From the NCBI GenBank assembly GCA_035553475.1, contig DATNDQ010000054.1:6478-70477 (forward strand): a stretch of DNA of 64,000 nt. Direction: 5' to 3'. The position numbers and the translations under genes were made by a program. Below, piece after piece: positions 52,917-61,350 of this stretch (positions are counted from its first letter, which is position 1; each line of letters starts with the position of its first letter). Below the pieces are notes generated by a model that saw only the letters and a program-made list of their open reading frames with translations, did no database searches and had not been told where the DNA came from. The stretch is from Gemmatimonadales bacterium (lineage in GTDB: Bacteria > Gemmatimonadota > Gemmatimonadetes > Gemmatimonadales > GWC2-71-9).

Positions 52917-53474
52917 GTGGTCGGCATCGCGGCGTTGTGGCTCCCTATTCTGTTGTCAGCGGTCCTCGTTTTCATCGTCAGCTCCATCATCCACATGATG
53001 TCGCCGTGGCACAAGAACGACTACCCGTTGCTCGCCAATCAGGATCGGGTGATGGACGCCCTGCGGCCGCTGAACATCCCACCGGGGGATTATTTCATCC
53101 CGCGTCCGAAGGACCGGGCCGAGATGCGCGACCCGGCGTTCGTCGAGAAGACCAAACGGGGTCCGGTCGTGGTGTTTACCGTATTTCCCTCCGCGATGAA
53201 CATGACGAAGAATCTGATCGGCTGGTTCGTGTACCTCCTCGTCGTCGGGCTCTTCGCGGCCTACGTCGCCGGGCGGGCGTTACCGGCCGGGTCACCGTAC
53301 CTCTCGGTCTTCCGCTTCGTGGGCGTGACGGCGTTCCTCGCGTACACGCTGGCGCTGTGGCAGATGACGATCTGGTACAACCGGGCGCTGATGACGTCGA
53401 TCAAGATCACCGTGGACGGCCTCATCTACGGGCTCCTGACTGCCGGAATGTTCGGCTGGCTCTGGCCCAAGTGA
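52917..53474 (+). CDS. hypothetical integral membrane protein (about 4 TM)
   Basis: The RBS GGGAGG lies 5 nt before the GTG at 52917. The 185-aa ORF has clear hydrophobic helices ([76 protein letters not shown]). No family was recognised. Confidence 0.6.
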   Translation: MVGIAALWLPILLSAVLVFIVSSIIHMMSPWHKNDYPLLANQDRVMDALRPLNIPPGDYFIPRPKDRAEMRDPAFVEKTKRGPVVVFTVFPSAMNMTKNLIGWFVYLLVVGLFAAYVAGRALPAGSPYLSVFRFVGVTAFLAYTLALWQMTIWYNRALMTSIKITVDGLIYGLLTAGMFGWLWPK

Positions 53475-53508
53475 AACGAACCTGGCGGCGTAGCGTAGAG
53501 GGACGAAC

Positions 53509-53868
53509 ATGATCCAGACGCCGTTGCCCCCGGAGGGGCTCCCGTTCGACTGGAATCTCTTCGTCAACAACACCCTGGCACCGATCGTGGTGACGGTGAT
53601 CGTCGGCGTGGGGTTCCTCATCGCGCTGCGGATCATCATGAAGTCCCCGGTCGGCGAAGCCTGGGCGGAACGGATCAGACGGAAGACCGTCAAGAGGTTC
53701 GGGGAACCGGGCGCGCTGAGCGGCGAGCAGACCGCCATCCAGCTCGACGAGGTCCACGATCAAATGGGCCGGATCGAGGCGCACCTGGCCGAGGTGAACG
53801 AGCGCCTCGACTTCACCGAGCGCGTCCTCACCAAGAAGGATCCGAACGCCATCGGCCCAGGCCGGTAA
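53509..53868 (+). CDS. hypothetical single-pass membrane protein with C-terminal coiled-coil-like segment
   Basis: The RBS AGAGGGA lies upstream. The 119-aa ORF has the TM segment LAPIVVTVIVGVGFLIALRII, followed by a charged helix LDEVHDQMGRIEAHLAEVNERLDFTERVL. Confidence 0.55.
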   Translation: MIQTPLPPEGLPFDWNLFVNNTLAPIVVTVIVGVGFLIALRIIMKSPVGEAWAERIRRKTVKRFGEPGALSGEQTAIQLDEVHDQMGRIEAHLAEVNERLDFTERVLTKKDPNAIGPGR

Positions 53869-53869
53869 C

Positions 53870-55246
53870 GTGTCGTCGTTGAACGAGGAGGCGCAGCGCT
53901 TCCTCAGGGCCATCATCCACACCCAGCCCGCCGTCGCTCAGCAAATCCTCGACGAGCATCCCGAAATCGCATCGCTCGACGTCTTCACGGCCGCGGCGGC
54001 CGGGGACGTCGAGGCGGTCGCGGCATTTCTGCGCGATGACCCTGCGCTCGCAACGGCGACTTTCGGTGAGATTGAAGCCCCGCCGCTGGTGTTTGCGTGC
54101 GGATCACCCCTCCACCAGATCAGCCACCAGCATGGCATCCGCTTCCGCCGCATCGCCCAGATCCTGATGGATGCCGGGGCGAGCCCGAACAGCTTCTCCG
54201 TATACCCGGAGGGAGACACCAAGGCACCGATCTCGGCGCTCTACCACGCGTGCATGGCGGACAACCGCGAGATCGTTCGCCTGCTCCTCGAGCGGGGGGC
54301 CAAGACTCAGGACGGGGAGTCCATCTACCACGCCGCGCAACACAATCGCGTTGAATGCCTCGAGCTGTTGCGGGAATTTGGCGCGGACTTCTCGTCCCCC
54401 CAGAGCCCGTACGGCAACACGCCGCTCTACTTCCTGGTGGGCCACCGGATCGACCAGGAAGGCCATGCGCCCTGGTTCAAAGGGATGGTGTGGCTCCTGG
54501 ATCACGGCGCCGATCCAAACGTGCCGTCATACCAGAAGGCGGAAACGCCCTTGCAGGGAGTCGCTGCCAGCGTGCCGAAGATGGCCACCGCGCGCGCGCT
54601 CCTGGCTCACGGGGCGGACGTAAATCTGCCCCGCGGAGACGGGAAGACGCCGTACGCCGCCGCCATCCGGCACGGCAACTTCGAGATGGCCGATCTGTTC
54701 CGCCAGCATGGCGCACGCACCGACGTCCTCACCCCCATGGAAGAATTCCTCGGCGCCTGCCTCGCCGCCGACGAGAAGGGGGCCCGGTCGCTACTCGCTT
54801 CCCACGCTGGCCTGCTGGCCTCAATGACGGACGAAGACCGTGGGGCCCTCGGGGACGCCGTGAATCATGAACGCGCCGACGCGGTGCGTCTCATGATCCA
54901 GCTTGGATTCGACGTGGAGGTAGAGCTCGGAGACGGCGGGACCGCGCTGCACTGGGCATGCTGGGAGGGCCGGCTCGAAATGGTGAAGCTGCTGCTCTCG
55001 ATGGGCGCGCCGGTAAACGTCAAGGACAAGATGTTTGGTGGATCATCCCTGGGGTGGGCATTGCACGGGTCGCAATTCAGTCCCGGACATGGCCACGATG
55101 ACGCCTATATCGCCATCGTGGATCTGTTGCTGGATGCAGGAGCCACACGGGAGGCGGCGACCAACAAGCATGGAGAGCGCCCAGAGAGCTTCGCGACCAC
55201 GCGGGTGTTGATGCACCTCCGCGAGCGAGGCTTCGTTCCGAACTAG
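53870..55246 (+). CDS. ankyrin repeat protein
   Basis: The 458-aa ORF has multiple about 33-residue repeats with the ankyrin pattern (EIVRLLLERGAKTQDG, GNTPLYFLVGH, WLLDHGADPNVP, ARALLAHGADVNLPRGDGKTPYAAAIRHGNFEMADLFRQHGA, GGTALHWACWEGRLEMVKLLLSMGAPVNV). Confidence 0.8.
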   Translation: MSSLNEEAQRFLRAIIHTQPAVAQQILDEHPEIASLDVFTAAAAGDVEAVAAFLRDDPALATATFGEIEAPPLVFACGSPLHQISHQHGIRFRRIAQILMDAGASPNSFSVYPEGDTKAPISALYHACMADNREIVRLLLERGAKTQDGESIYHAAQHNRVECLELLREFGADFSSPQSPYGNTPLYFLVGHRIDQEGHAPWFKGMVWLLDHGADPNVPSYQKAETPLQGVAASVPKMATARALLAHGADVNLPRGDGKTPYAAAIRHGNFEMADLFRQHGARTDVLTPMEEFLGACLAADEKGARSLLASHAGLLASMTDEDRGALGDAVNHERADAVRLMIQLGFDVEVELGDGGTALHWACWEGRLEMVKLLLSMGAPVNVKDKMFGGSSLGWALHGSQFSPGHGHDDAYIAIVDLLLDAGATREAATNKHGERPESFATTRVLMHLRERGFVPN

Positions 55247-57495
55247 ATAAACCGGGGCTTGTAGCGGCCCAGGCTCTCGTACTGGTCGGGCCACTCGATC
55301 TCCCACCCGAGCTCGCGCGCGGCGTGGCGGGTCCAGTACGGGTCCCAGAGATGAGCCCGGGCCAGGACGCACAGGTCGGCCCGGCCGGCGGCGAGGATGG
55401 TGTTCACATCCGTGTACGAGCTGATGTTGCCCACCGTCATCACCGGCAGGTCCGCTTCATGGCGAATACGGTCGGCGAATGGCGTTTGATACAGGCGGCC
55501 GTAGACGGGCTGCTGAAAGGGCACCGTCTGTCCCGCCGAGACGTCGAGGATGTCGCAGCCGTGAGCCTTGAGAAGCCGGGCGACCTGGACGGCGTCTTCG
55601 GATTCCATGCCGCCCGGCGCCCAGTCCACTGCTGAGATGCGCACCGACATGGGCTTCTGTTTAGGCCAGACCGCGCGGACGGCGTCGAAGACCTCGAGCG
55701 GAAAGCGCATCCGCGCCTCGAGGGTGCCGCCGTACTCGTCCGTTCGGGTGTTCGTGAGCGGAGAGATGAAGCCCGCGAGCAGGTATCCATGGGCGAAGTG
55801 CAGCTCCAGGAGATCGAAGCCCGCTTCCTCGCTCATGCGAGCAGACGCGACGAACTCGTCCCGCACCTGATCCATGTCGTGCCGGTCCATGGCCTTCGGG
55901 ACCGGGCTGTTCGGATAGTACGGAATGGCCGACGCCGCCATGATGGGCCAGCCACCCGACTCGAGCGGCAGCGAGTCACCCTCCCAGAGTTTCTTGGTCG
56001 ACCCCTTCCTGCCGGCGTGCGACAGCTGCATCCCGATCTTCGCCCGGCTCGCACCGTGGACGAAATCCACGATCCTGCGCCACGCCACGACGTGTTCGGG
56101 TTTGTACATCCCGGTGCATCCGGTCGAGATGCGGCCCTCGCGGCTGACGTCCGTCATCTCCGTCATCACGAGTCCCGCGCCACCGATGGCCCGCGTACCC
56201 AGATGGACGAGGTGCCAGTCATTGGGTGTGCCATCTTCAGCCGAGTACTGGCACATGGGTGAGACGACCGAGCGGTTCTCGAGGACCAGGTCCCGCAGCC
56301 GGTAGGGCGTGAAGAGGGGGGGAGGCACGGGCTCCGCGGGAATCGCGACGCCGGATTGCCTGGCCGCGCCCTTCGCGAACCACGCGTCCACTCCCGCCAT
56401 GAACTTCGGATCTCGCACCTTCAGGTTGTCGTGGGTAATCCGGAGCGACCGGGTGAGGAGATTGAACCCGAATTGCACCGGATCCATGTCCATGTAGCGC
56501 TCCGTGTCTTCGAACCAGGCGAGGCTTACCTGCGCGGCGCGCTGCAGGCTCTCGACCAGTGGACGCCGCTCGGCCTCGTACGCGTTCAGGGCTTTGTCCC
56601 GATCCCCGTGGGTGGCCAGCGAGCGCGCGAGGACGATCGCGTCCTCCATCGCGAGCTTGGTGCCGGAGCCGACCGAGAAATGGGCGGTGTGCGCCGAGTC
56701 GCCGATCAGGACGACGTTTTCGTGGTGCCAGTGGGCGTTCCGGATGGTGCCGAACTGCCGCCAGATGGACCGGTTTTTCTGAAGCCGGTGGCCGGCAAGC
56801 TCCTCGGCGAACAGCTGCTCACAGAACGCGATCGTCTGATCTTCGGTCGCCCGGTCCAGGCACGCGGCGCGCCAGGTCTCTTCACGGGCTTCCACGATGA
56901 ACGTCGAGTGGCCCTTCTCGTACTGGTACGTATGCACCCGCCAAAGCCCGTGCCGGTCGTGCTTGAAGTAGAATGTGAAGGCCGGGAAGGGACGGGTGGT
57001 GCCGAGCCAGACGAAGCGATTGGGTCGGAGGTCGACGGACGGCTGGAAGTGCTTGGCGTAACGCTCCCGAACCATGCTGTTCGCGCCGTCGGCGGCGAGC
57101 AGCAAGTCGGCCTTCAAGTGATCCTTGAGGTCAGTGATGTCCCGGCCGATCTCCACCTGCACGCCCAGGCCACGCGCTCGCTCGGCCAATATCTCGAGCA
57201 TCGCCCGGCGTGAGAGCCCGGAGAACCCGTGGCCCGTCGAGCGGATGACGCCGCCCTTGTAGTGGATGTCGATGTCATCCCAATGCGCCGAGGCCTTGGC
57301 CATGGCGTCGAAGGTCTCGGGGTCGGCCGCCTGGAGGTTTTCCTGAGTGGCCTCGGAGAACACGACGCCGAAGCCGAACGTGTCTTCGAACCGGTTCCGC
57401 TCGACCACCAGAATGTCGTGGGAGGGGTCGGCCTTCTTCATCAGGATGGAGAAGTAGAGGCCGGCGGGGCCGCCCCCTACGCAGACGATCTTCAC
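55243..57495 (-). CDS. fused FAD monooxygenase / Old-Yellow-Enzyme-type reductase (2-aminobenzoyl-CoA monooxygenase/reductase or salicylyl-CoA 5-hydroxylase family)
   Basis: The 750-aa ORF begins with the Rossmann motif [18 protein letters not shown] and carries DGANSMVR and LIGDSAHTAHFSVGSGTKLAMEDA, as in a PHBH-type hydroxylase. The C-terminal half (SPMCQYSAEDGTPNDWHLVHLG, HAGRKGS, FDLLELHFAHGYLL) is an OYE-type FMN oxidoreductase. Confidence 0.85.
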   Translation of the reverse strand: MKIVCVGGGPAGLYFSILMKKADPSHDILVVERNRFEDTFGFGVVFSEATQENLQAADPETFDAMAKASAHWDDIDIHYKGGVIRSTGHGFSGLSRRAMLEILAERARGLGVQVEIGRDITDLKDHLKADLLLAADGANSMVRERYAKHFQPSVDLRPNRFVWLGTTRPFPAFTFYFKHDRHGLWRVHTYQYEKGHSTFIVEAREETWRAACLDRATEDQTIAFCEQLFAEELAGHRLQKNRSIWRQFGTIRNAHWHHENVVLIGDSAHTAHFSVGSGTKLAMEDAIVLARSLATHGDRDKALNAYEAERRPLVESLQRAAQVSLAWFEDTERYMDMDPVQFGFNLLTRSLRITHDNLKVRDPKFMAGVDAWFAKGAARQSGVAIPAEPVPPPLFTPYRLRDLVLENRSVVSPMCQYSAEDGTPNDWHLVHLGTRAIGGAGLVMTEMTDVSREGRISTGCTGMYKPEHVVAWRRIVDFVHGASRAKIGMQLSHAGRKGSTKKLWEGDSLPLESGGWPIMAASAIPYYPNSPVPKAMDRHDMDQVRDEFVASARMSEEAGFDLLELHFAHGYLLAGFISPLTNTRTDEYGGTLEARMRFPLEVFDAVRAVWPKQKPMSVRISAVDWAPGGMESEDAVQVARLLKAHGCDILDVSAGQTVPFQQPVYGRLYQTPFADRIRHEADLPVMTVGNISSYTDVNTILAAGRADLCVLARAHLWDPYWTRHAARELGWEIEWPDQYESLGRYKPRFI

Positions 57496-58652
57496 GACTC
57501 GCCTCGATGCTGCTTGAGGAGCTGTCCCGAGATCACCAGGTGCTGGATCTCCGTGGTCCCTTCGTAGATCCGGAGTGCCCGCACGGAGCGGTAGAGCCGG
57601 TCCACGGGATTGTCGGCCAGCACCCCGCGGCCGCCGAGGATCTGCACGGCGTCATCGATGATGCGCTGGGCGGCTTCGGTCGCGAAGGCCTTCGCCATCC
57701 CCGCTTCGAGCGTGATTCGCTCGGCGCCATGATCCTTCTCCCATGCAGCGCGATACACGAGCAGGCGGGCGGCGGTCAGGTCGGTCGCCATCCGCGAGAG
57801 TTTCTCCTGCACCAGCTGAAAGTCGGCGAGAGGTTTCCCGAACTGCTTCCGGGTCGTCGCGTGGTCGAGGGCTTCACGCAGGGCTCGCGACGCCATGCCA
57901 CATGCCGCGGCGCCTACCGTCGGACGCAAACGGTCGAGGGTCGCGAGTCCGAGGCGGTACCCCTCGCCCTCGGCACCCAGACGCTGCCCGGCCGGGATCC
58001 GGCAGGACTCGAAGGCCATCTCTCCCAGTGGATGTGGGGAGGAGAGGATCAGAGGGCGGAGAAAGCGGCAACCGGCCGTGTCGGCGGGCACGACGAAACA
58101 CGTGATTCCCTTGGTGCCCTTTGAGCGGTCCGTAACGGCATACACGGCGTAGTAGTCCGCGATGCCGGCGTTGGAAATCAGAGTCTTGACGCCGTCGAGG
58201 ACGTAAAACGCCCCATCGCGACGCGCCGTGGTGGTCATGGCAGCTACGTCCGAGCCGGCCTCGGGCTCCGTCATGGCGAAGCCTCCCATGGCGCGCCCCT
58301 TGAGCGCAGCGGTGAGCCACCGCGCCGCCAGGTCGTCGGTGGATCCCATCATGATCGGAAGGGTCCCCAGCGCCTGTAGGGCGAAAACGGCATCTGCGAG
58401 GGGGGACGCGGCTCCGAGGGCTTCCCGCACCAGGCAGCAGGACCGCCAGTCCTCGTCGCCGATGGGCGCGAGCCAGCCACCGGACCCCAGGCGAGTGAGG
58501 ATCTCCTTCGCTTGCACACGGGCGGCGGCGTCGTCGGCGGGTGCCGGCAACGGCGCGATTTCTCGAGCGGCGAACTCGGCGACTCGGGCCGCGAAGTCGA
58601 GGTGCTTCGGATCGAGGAATGCCCGGACGGGCTGGGGATCAGGGAGCATCAC
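57492..58652 (-). CDS. acyl-CoA dehydrogenase
   Basis: The 386-aa ORF contains [33 protein letters not shown] and [10 protein letters not shown], all ACAD motifs. Confidence 0.88.
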   Translation of the reverse strand: MMLPDPQPVRAFLDPKHLDFAARVAEFAAREIAPLPAPADDAAARVQAKEILTRLGSGGWLAPIGDEDWRSCCLVREALGAASPLADAVFALQALGTLPIMMGSTDDLAARWLTAALKGRAMGGFAMTEPEAGSDVAAMTTTARRDGAFYVLDGVKTLISNAGIADYYAVYAVTDRSKGTKGITCFVVPADTAGCRFLRPLILSSPHPLGEMAFESCRIPAGQRLGAEGEGYRLGLATLDRLRPTVGAAACGMASRALREALDHATTRKQFGKPLADFQLVQEKLSRMATDLTAARLLVYRAAWEKDHGAERITLEAGMAKAFATEAAQRIIDDAVQILGGRGVLADNPVDRLYRSVRALRIYEGTTEIQHLVISGQLLKQHRGES

Positions 58653-59449
58653 TGAAATTTCGGCTCCCGCTTGGCCTTGAACGCCTCATACGATTCCCGG
58701 AAGTTGGGATGCTGCATCAGCTCGGCTTGCAGCTTGGCCTCGAGCTCGAGCGCCTGCTCCAGATCCATCGCGGCCTCGCGGTTCAACGCGTCCTTGGTGA
58801 CCGCGAGTGCCTGTGAGGGCCCACGGGCGAGCCGTGCCGCGAACTCTCGCGCTTCCGCCACCACGCGCTCGACGGGCACCACACGATTGTACAGCCCGAT
58901 CTCCAGAGCGCGGGACGCATCGATGAAGTCGCCCGTCATCAGGAGCTCCGTCGCGCGGCCGAGGCCCACCAGCCGGGGAAGCAACCAGGCCGCTCCCATG
59001 TCCGCTCCCGACAGGCCGACCCGCGTGAAGAGGAAGGCGATCTTGGCGGACTCCGCGGCGATCCGGATGTCACACGCGGCCGCGATCACCGCGCCCGCGC
59101 CGGCCACGGTGCCATTCAGGGCTGCGACAATGGGACGCCGGCAGAGCCGTATCGCGAGGATCAGGTCACACGTGAGCCAGGTGAAGTCCAGCAGTCCCTT
59201 CGCGTCCCGGGAGAAGAGCTGGCCGATGATGTCCTCGACGTCACCGCCGGAGCAGAACGCGCGCCCCGAACCGGTGATCACGATGGCCTTGACGCCGGCC
59301 TCCGAATCTAACGCCCGGAAAACATCCCTCAGCTCCTCGTATACCTGGAACGTGAGGGCATTGAGGCGGTCGGGCCGGTTGAGGGTGATGGTCGCTACAC
59401 CGGTCCCGGAATCGACTTCATAGAGGAAGGACTTGGGCAGGATGGCCAT
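58649..59449 (-). CDS. enoyl-CoA hydratase/isomerase family protein
   Basis: The ATG at 59449 within ORF 58649..59851 gives MAILPKSFLYEVDSGTGVATITLNRPDRLNALT. Then VITGSGRAFCSGGD and AALNGTVAGAGAVIAAACDIRIA form the crotonase oxyanion-hole motifs. Confidence 0.85.
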   Translation of the reverse strand: MAILPKSFLYEVDSGTGVATITLNRPDRLNALTFQVYEELRDVFRALDSEAGVKAIVITGSGRAFCSGGDVEDIIGQLFSRDAKGLLDFTWLTCDLILAIRLCRRPIVAALNGTVAGAGAVIAAACDIRIAAESAKIAFLFTRVGLSGADMGAAWLLPRLVGLGRATELLMTGDFIDASRALEIGLYNRVVPVERVVAEAREFAARLARGPSQALAVTKDALNREAAMDLEQALELEAKLQAELMQHPNFRESYEAFKAKREPKFQ

Positions 59450-59451
59450 GG

Positions 59452-59835
59452 TCAGCCGATCACCGCGGTGGCTTCGATCTCGACCACCGCCGCATGGTCC
59501 ACCAGGGCGGAGACTTCGACCAGGGCCATGGCGGGGTAGTGCTTGCCCATCGCCTTCTGATGGACCTCGCCAAGGGTCTGGAGGTTGGCCAGATAGTCGG
59601 CCTTGCTGGTGACGTAGACGGTCATCCGGCCGATGTCGGTGGGCCCGCCGCCCGAGGCGCGCACGATGGACAGGACCTGCCCCAGTGCCATGGCCCATTG
59701 GGCCACCAGCCCACCCGCCTTCGGAGCGGTCTGACCGGCGACGAAGAGCACGCGGCCCCCGGCTGGAGCCAGCATGCCGTTGTTCCAGCCCTTGGGCCGT
59801 CCGGGGGGATCGGGGTTGATGATGTCGAAGCTCAC
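59452..59835 (-). CDS. RidA/YjgF-family (enamine/imine deaminase-like) protein
   Basis: The last 127 aa of ORF 59452..60282 contain FVAGQTA, MTVYVTS, YPAMALVEVSALV and VEIEATAV, the typical RidA fold signature. The GTG at 59835 overlaps the SDR TGA. Confidence 0.78.
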   Translation of the reverse strand: MSFDIINPDPPGRPKGWNNGMLAPAGGRVLFVAGQTAPKAGGLVAQWAMALGQVLSIVRASGGGPTDIGRMTVYVTSKADYLANLQTLGEVHQKAMGKHYPAMALVEVSALVDHAAVVEIEATAVIG

Positions 59836-60596
59836 GCTGGTCCCTTTCCATCGAGGAGCACCGTCGCGCCCGTTTCCGATCCGTTGCATACCGTCATCAC
59901 CGCCCGCGCCACCTCGTCGGGCGTGATCAACCGGTTCTGGCCCGAGTGCGCGAGCACTGCCTCGAGGGCCTCGGCGCGCGACCTGCCGGTGGTCTGCATC
60001 ATGCGCTCGAGCGATTGGTCGGTCATCGGTGTGTCGACATATCCGGGACACACCGCGTTGACCGTCACGCCCGAGCCGGCGACCTCGGCAGCCATCGATT
60101 TGGTGAAACCCACCACCGCGTGCTTGGCCGCGCTGTAGGCCGCGATGTATTTCGCGCCGAAGAGCCCGGCGACCGACGCGAGGTTCACCACCCGGCCCCA
60201 TTTCCGGTCCAGCATGCCGGGGAGAAAGGCCTGGGTGCAGAGAAACGTACTCGTCGCATTGACCGCGAGCAGGCGATTCCATTCCTCGAGCGTCGTCCGC
60301 TTCAGCGGTGCCGAGGAGGACGATCCCGCGTTGTTGATCAGGATGTCGATGTCGCCGAGCACCTCGGTGGCGGTGCGGGCGAGGGCGTTGACGCTCTCGG
60401 GTCTGGTGACGTCCGCGGTGGCGGCGCTGGCGCGGTGTCCTTGCGCACGCAATGCGTTCGCCACCGTCTCGACTTCGGCGTGGGACCGCGCCGCGACGAT
60501 CACGCCGACACCGGCATCCGCGAGTGCCCGCGCGACGGCGGCGCCGATTCCGCGGCCCCCGCCGGTAATCACCGCGCGCTTGCCGGCCAGGCTCAT
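59832..60596 (-). CDS. SDR-family oxidoreductase (3-hydroxyacyl-CoA / 3-oxoacyl reductase-like)
   Basis: The 254-aa ORF has TGGGRGIG (cofactor-binding), NNAG and the catalytic YSAAK, followed by VNAVCPG. Confidence 0.88.
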   Translation of the reverse strand: MSLAGKRAVITGGGRGIGAAVARALADAGVGVIVAARSHAEVETVANALRAQGHRASAATADVTRPESVNALARTATEVLGDIDILINNAGSSSSAPLKRTTLEEWNRLLAVNATSTFLCTQAFLPGMLDRKWGRVVNLASVAGLFGAKYIAAYSAAKHAVVGFTKSMAAEVAGSGVTVNAVCPGYVDTPMTDQSLERMMQTTGRSRAEALEAVLAHSGQNRLITPDEVARAVMTVCNGSETGATVLLDGKGPA

Positions 60597-61333
60597 CGCA
60601 TCACCTCACTTACAGCCTCCGCCAGGATTTCTCCCAGCTTCGCAACCGATTCCCGGCCCTCCGCGGCGGATGCTTCGGCGGGGGCTCCGAAGTAGGCGTC
60701 AGCACCGCCCGCGGCCTTGAAGGTCGTCTGTCCCGCGGCGTGCGCTTCGACCAGCGACCGGTTGTTCGCCGGCAGGGCGGTGCGCAGGGTCTCATGGACC
60801 AGCTCGGGGCGGGCCGCCATCACGATCGAAGTCTCATAGCGGCCGGCATGACAGGCGCCGCTCTGAAACTCCGGCGTCAGGCGTTGCGCCAGAGTGCGGC
60901 GTGTGAGGTCCGGGAAGATCACCGTGGCTTCGGCACCGTGAATCGCGTCCCGGAGTGCCCGGACCTGAACCGGATCGAAGTGCGCGTTGGCGAGTGCCAG
61001 GAACTTGACCCCATGCCGCGAGAGGCTCGAGGCGATTGCCTGAATGGTCGATGTGACCGCGTGCGGGTCGATCGAGATGGTGCCGGGGAAATCCGCGGCG
61101 TAGGGCGCCGGCGCATACGCCAGCGCCGGCAGCAGGAGCGGGTGAATACCCTGGGGGAGGAGGAGCTCCGCGCCGGCTCGCGCCATCGCTTCGGCGATGA
61201 TGACGTCGGTGCCGAGGGGCAAGTGCGGTCCGTGCGCTTCGACGGCACCGAGTGGAAGGATGGCCACGACCCGCGACCGATCGAGCGCCTGGACGTCGGT
61301 CCAGGACAACTCGCTCAAGCAGCGAACTGGCAC
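60593..61333 (-). CDS. creatininase-family metal-dependent amidohydrolase
   Basis: The 246-aa ORF contains AILPLGAVEAHGPHLPLGTD, GHAGRYETS and NAHFDP, which are creatininase/formamide-hydrolase superfamily motifs. Confidence 0.8.
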   Translation of the reverse strand: MPVRCLSELSWTDVQALDRSRVVAILPLGAVEAHGPHLPLGTDVIIAEAMARAGAELLLPQGIHPLLLPALAYAPAPYAADFPGTISIDPHAVTSTIQAIASSLSRHGVKFLALANAHFDPVQVRALRDAIHGAEATVIFPDLTRRTLAQRLTPEFQSGACHAGRYETSIVMAARPELVHETLRTALPANNRSLVEAHAAGQTTFKAAGGADAYFGAPAEASAAEGRESVAKLGEILAEAVSEVMR

Positions 61334-61350
61334 CAGATTCCTTCCATCAT

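Noticed and set aside
52398-53014. Small minus-strand ORFs 52398..52619 (73 aa) and 52778..53014 (78 aa)
   Set aside because: They run antisense through the two tRNA-Ser genes and the 8-mer arrays. They owe their openness to the repeats and the tRNA sequence, and they have no RBS.
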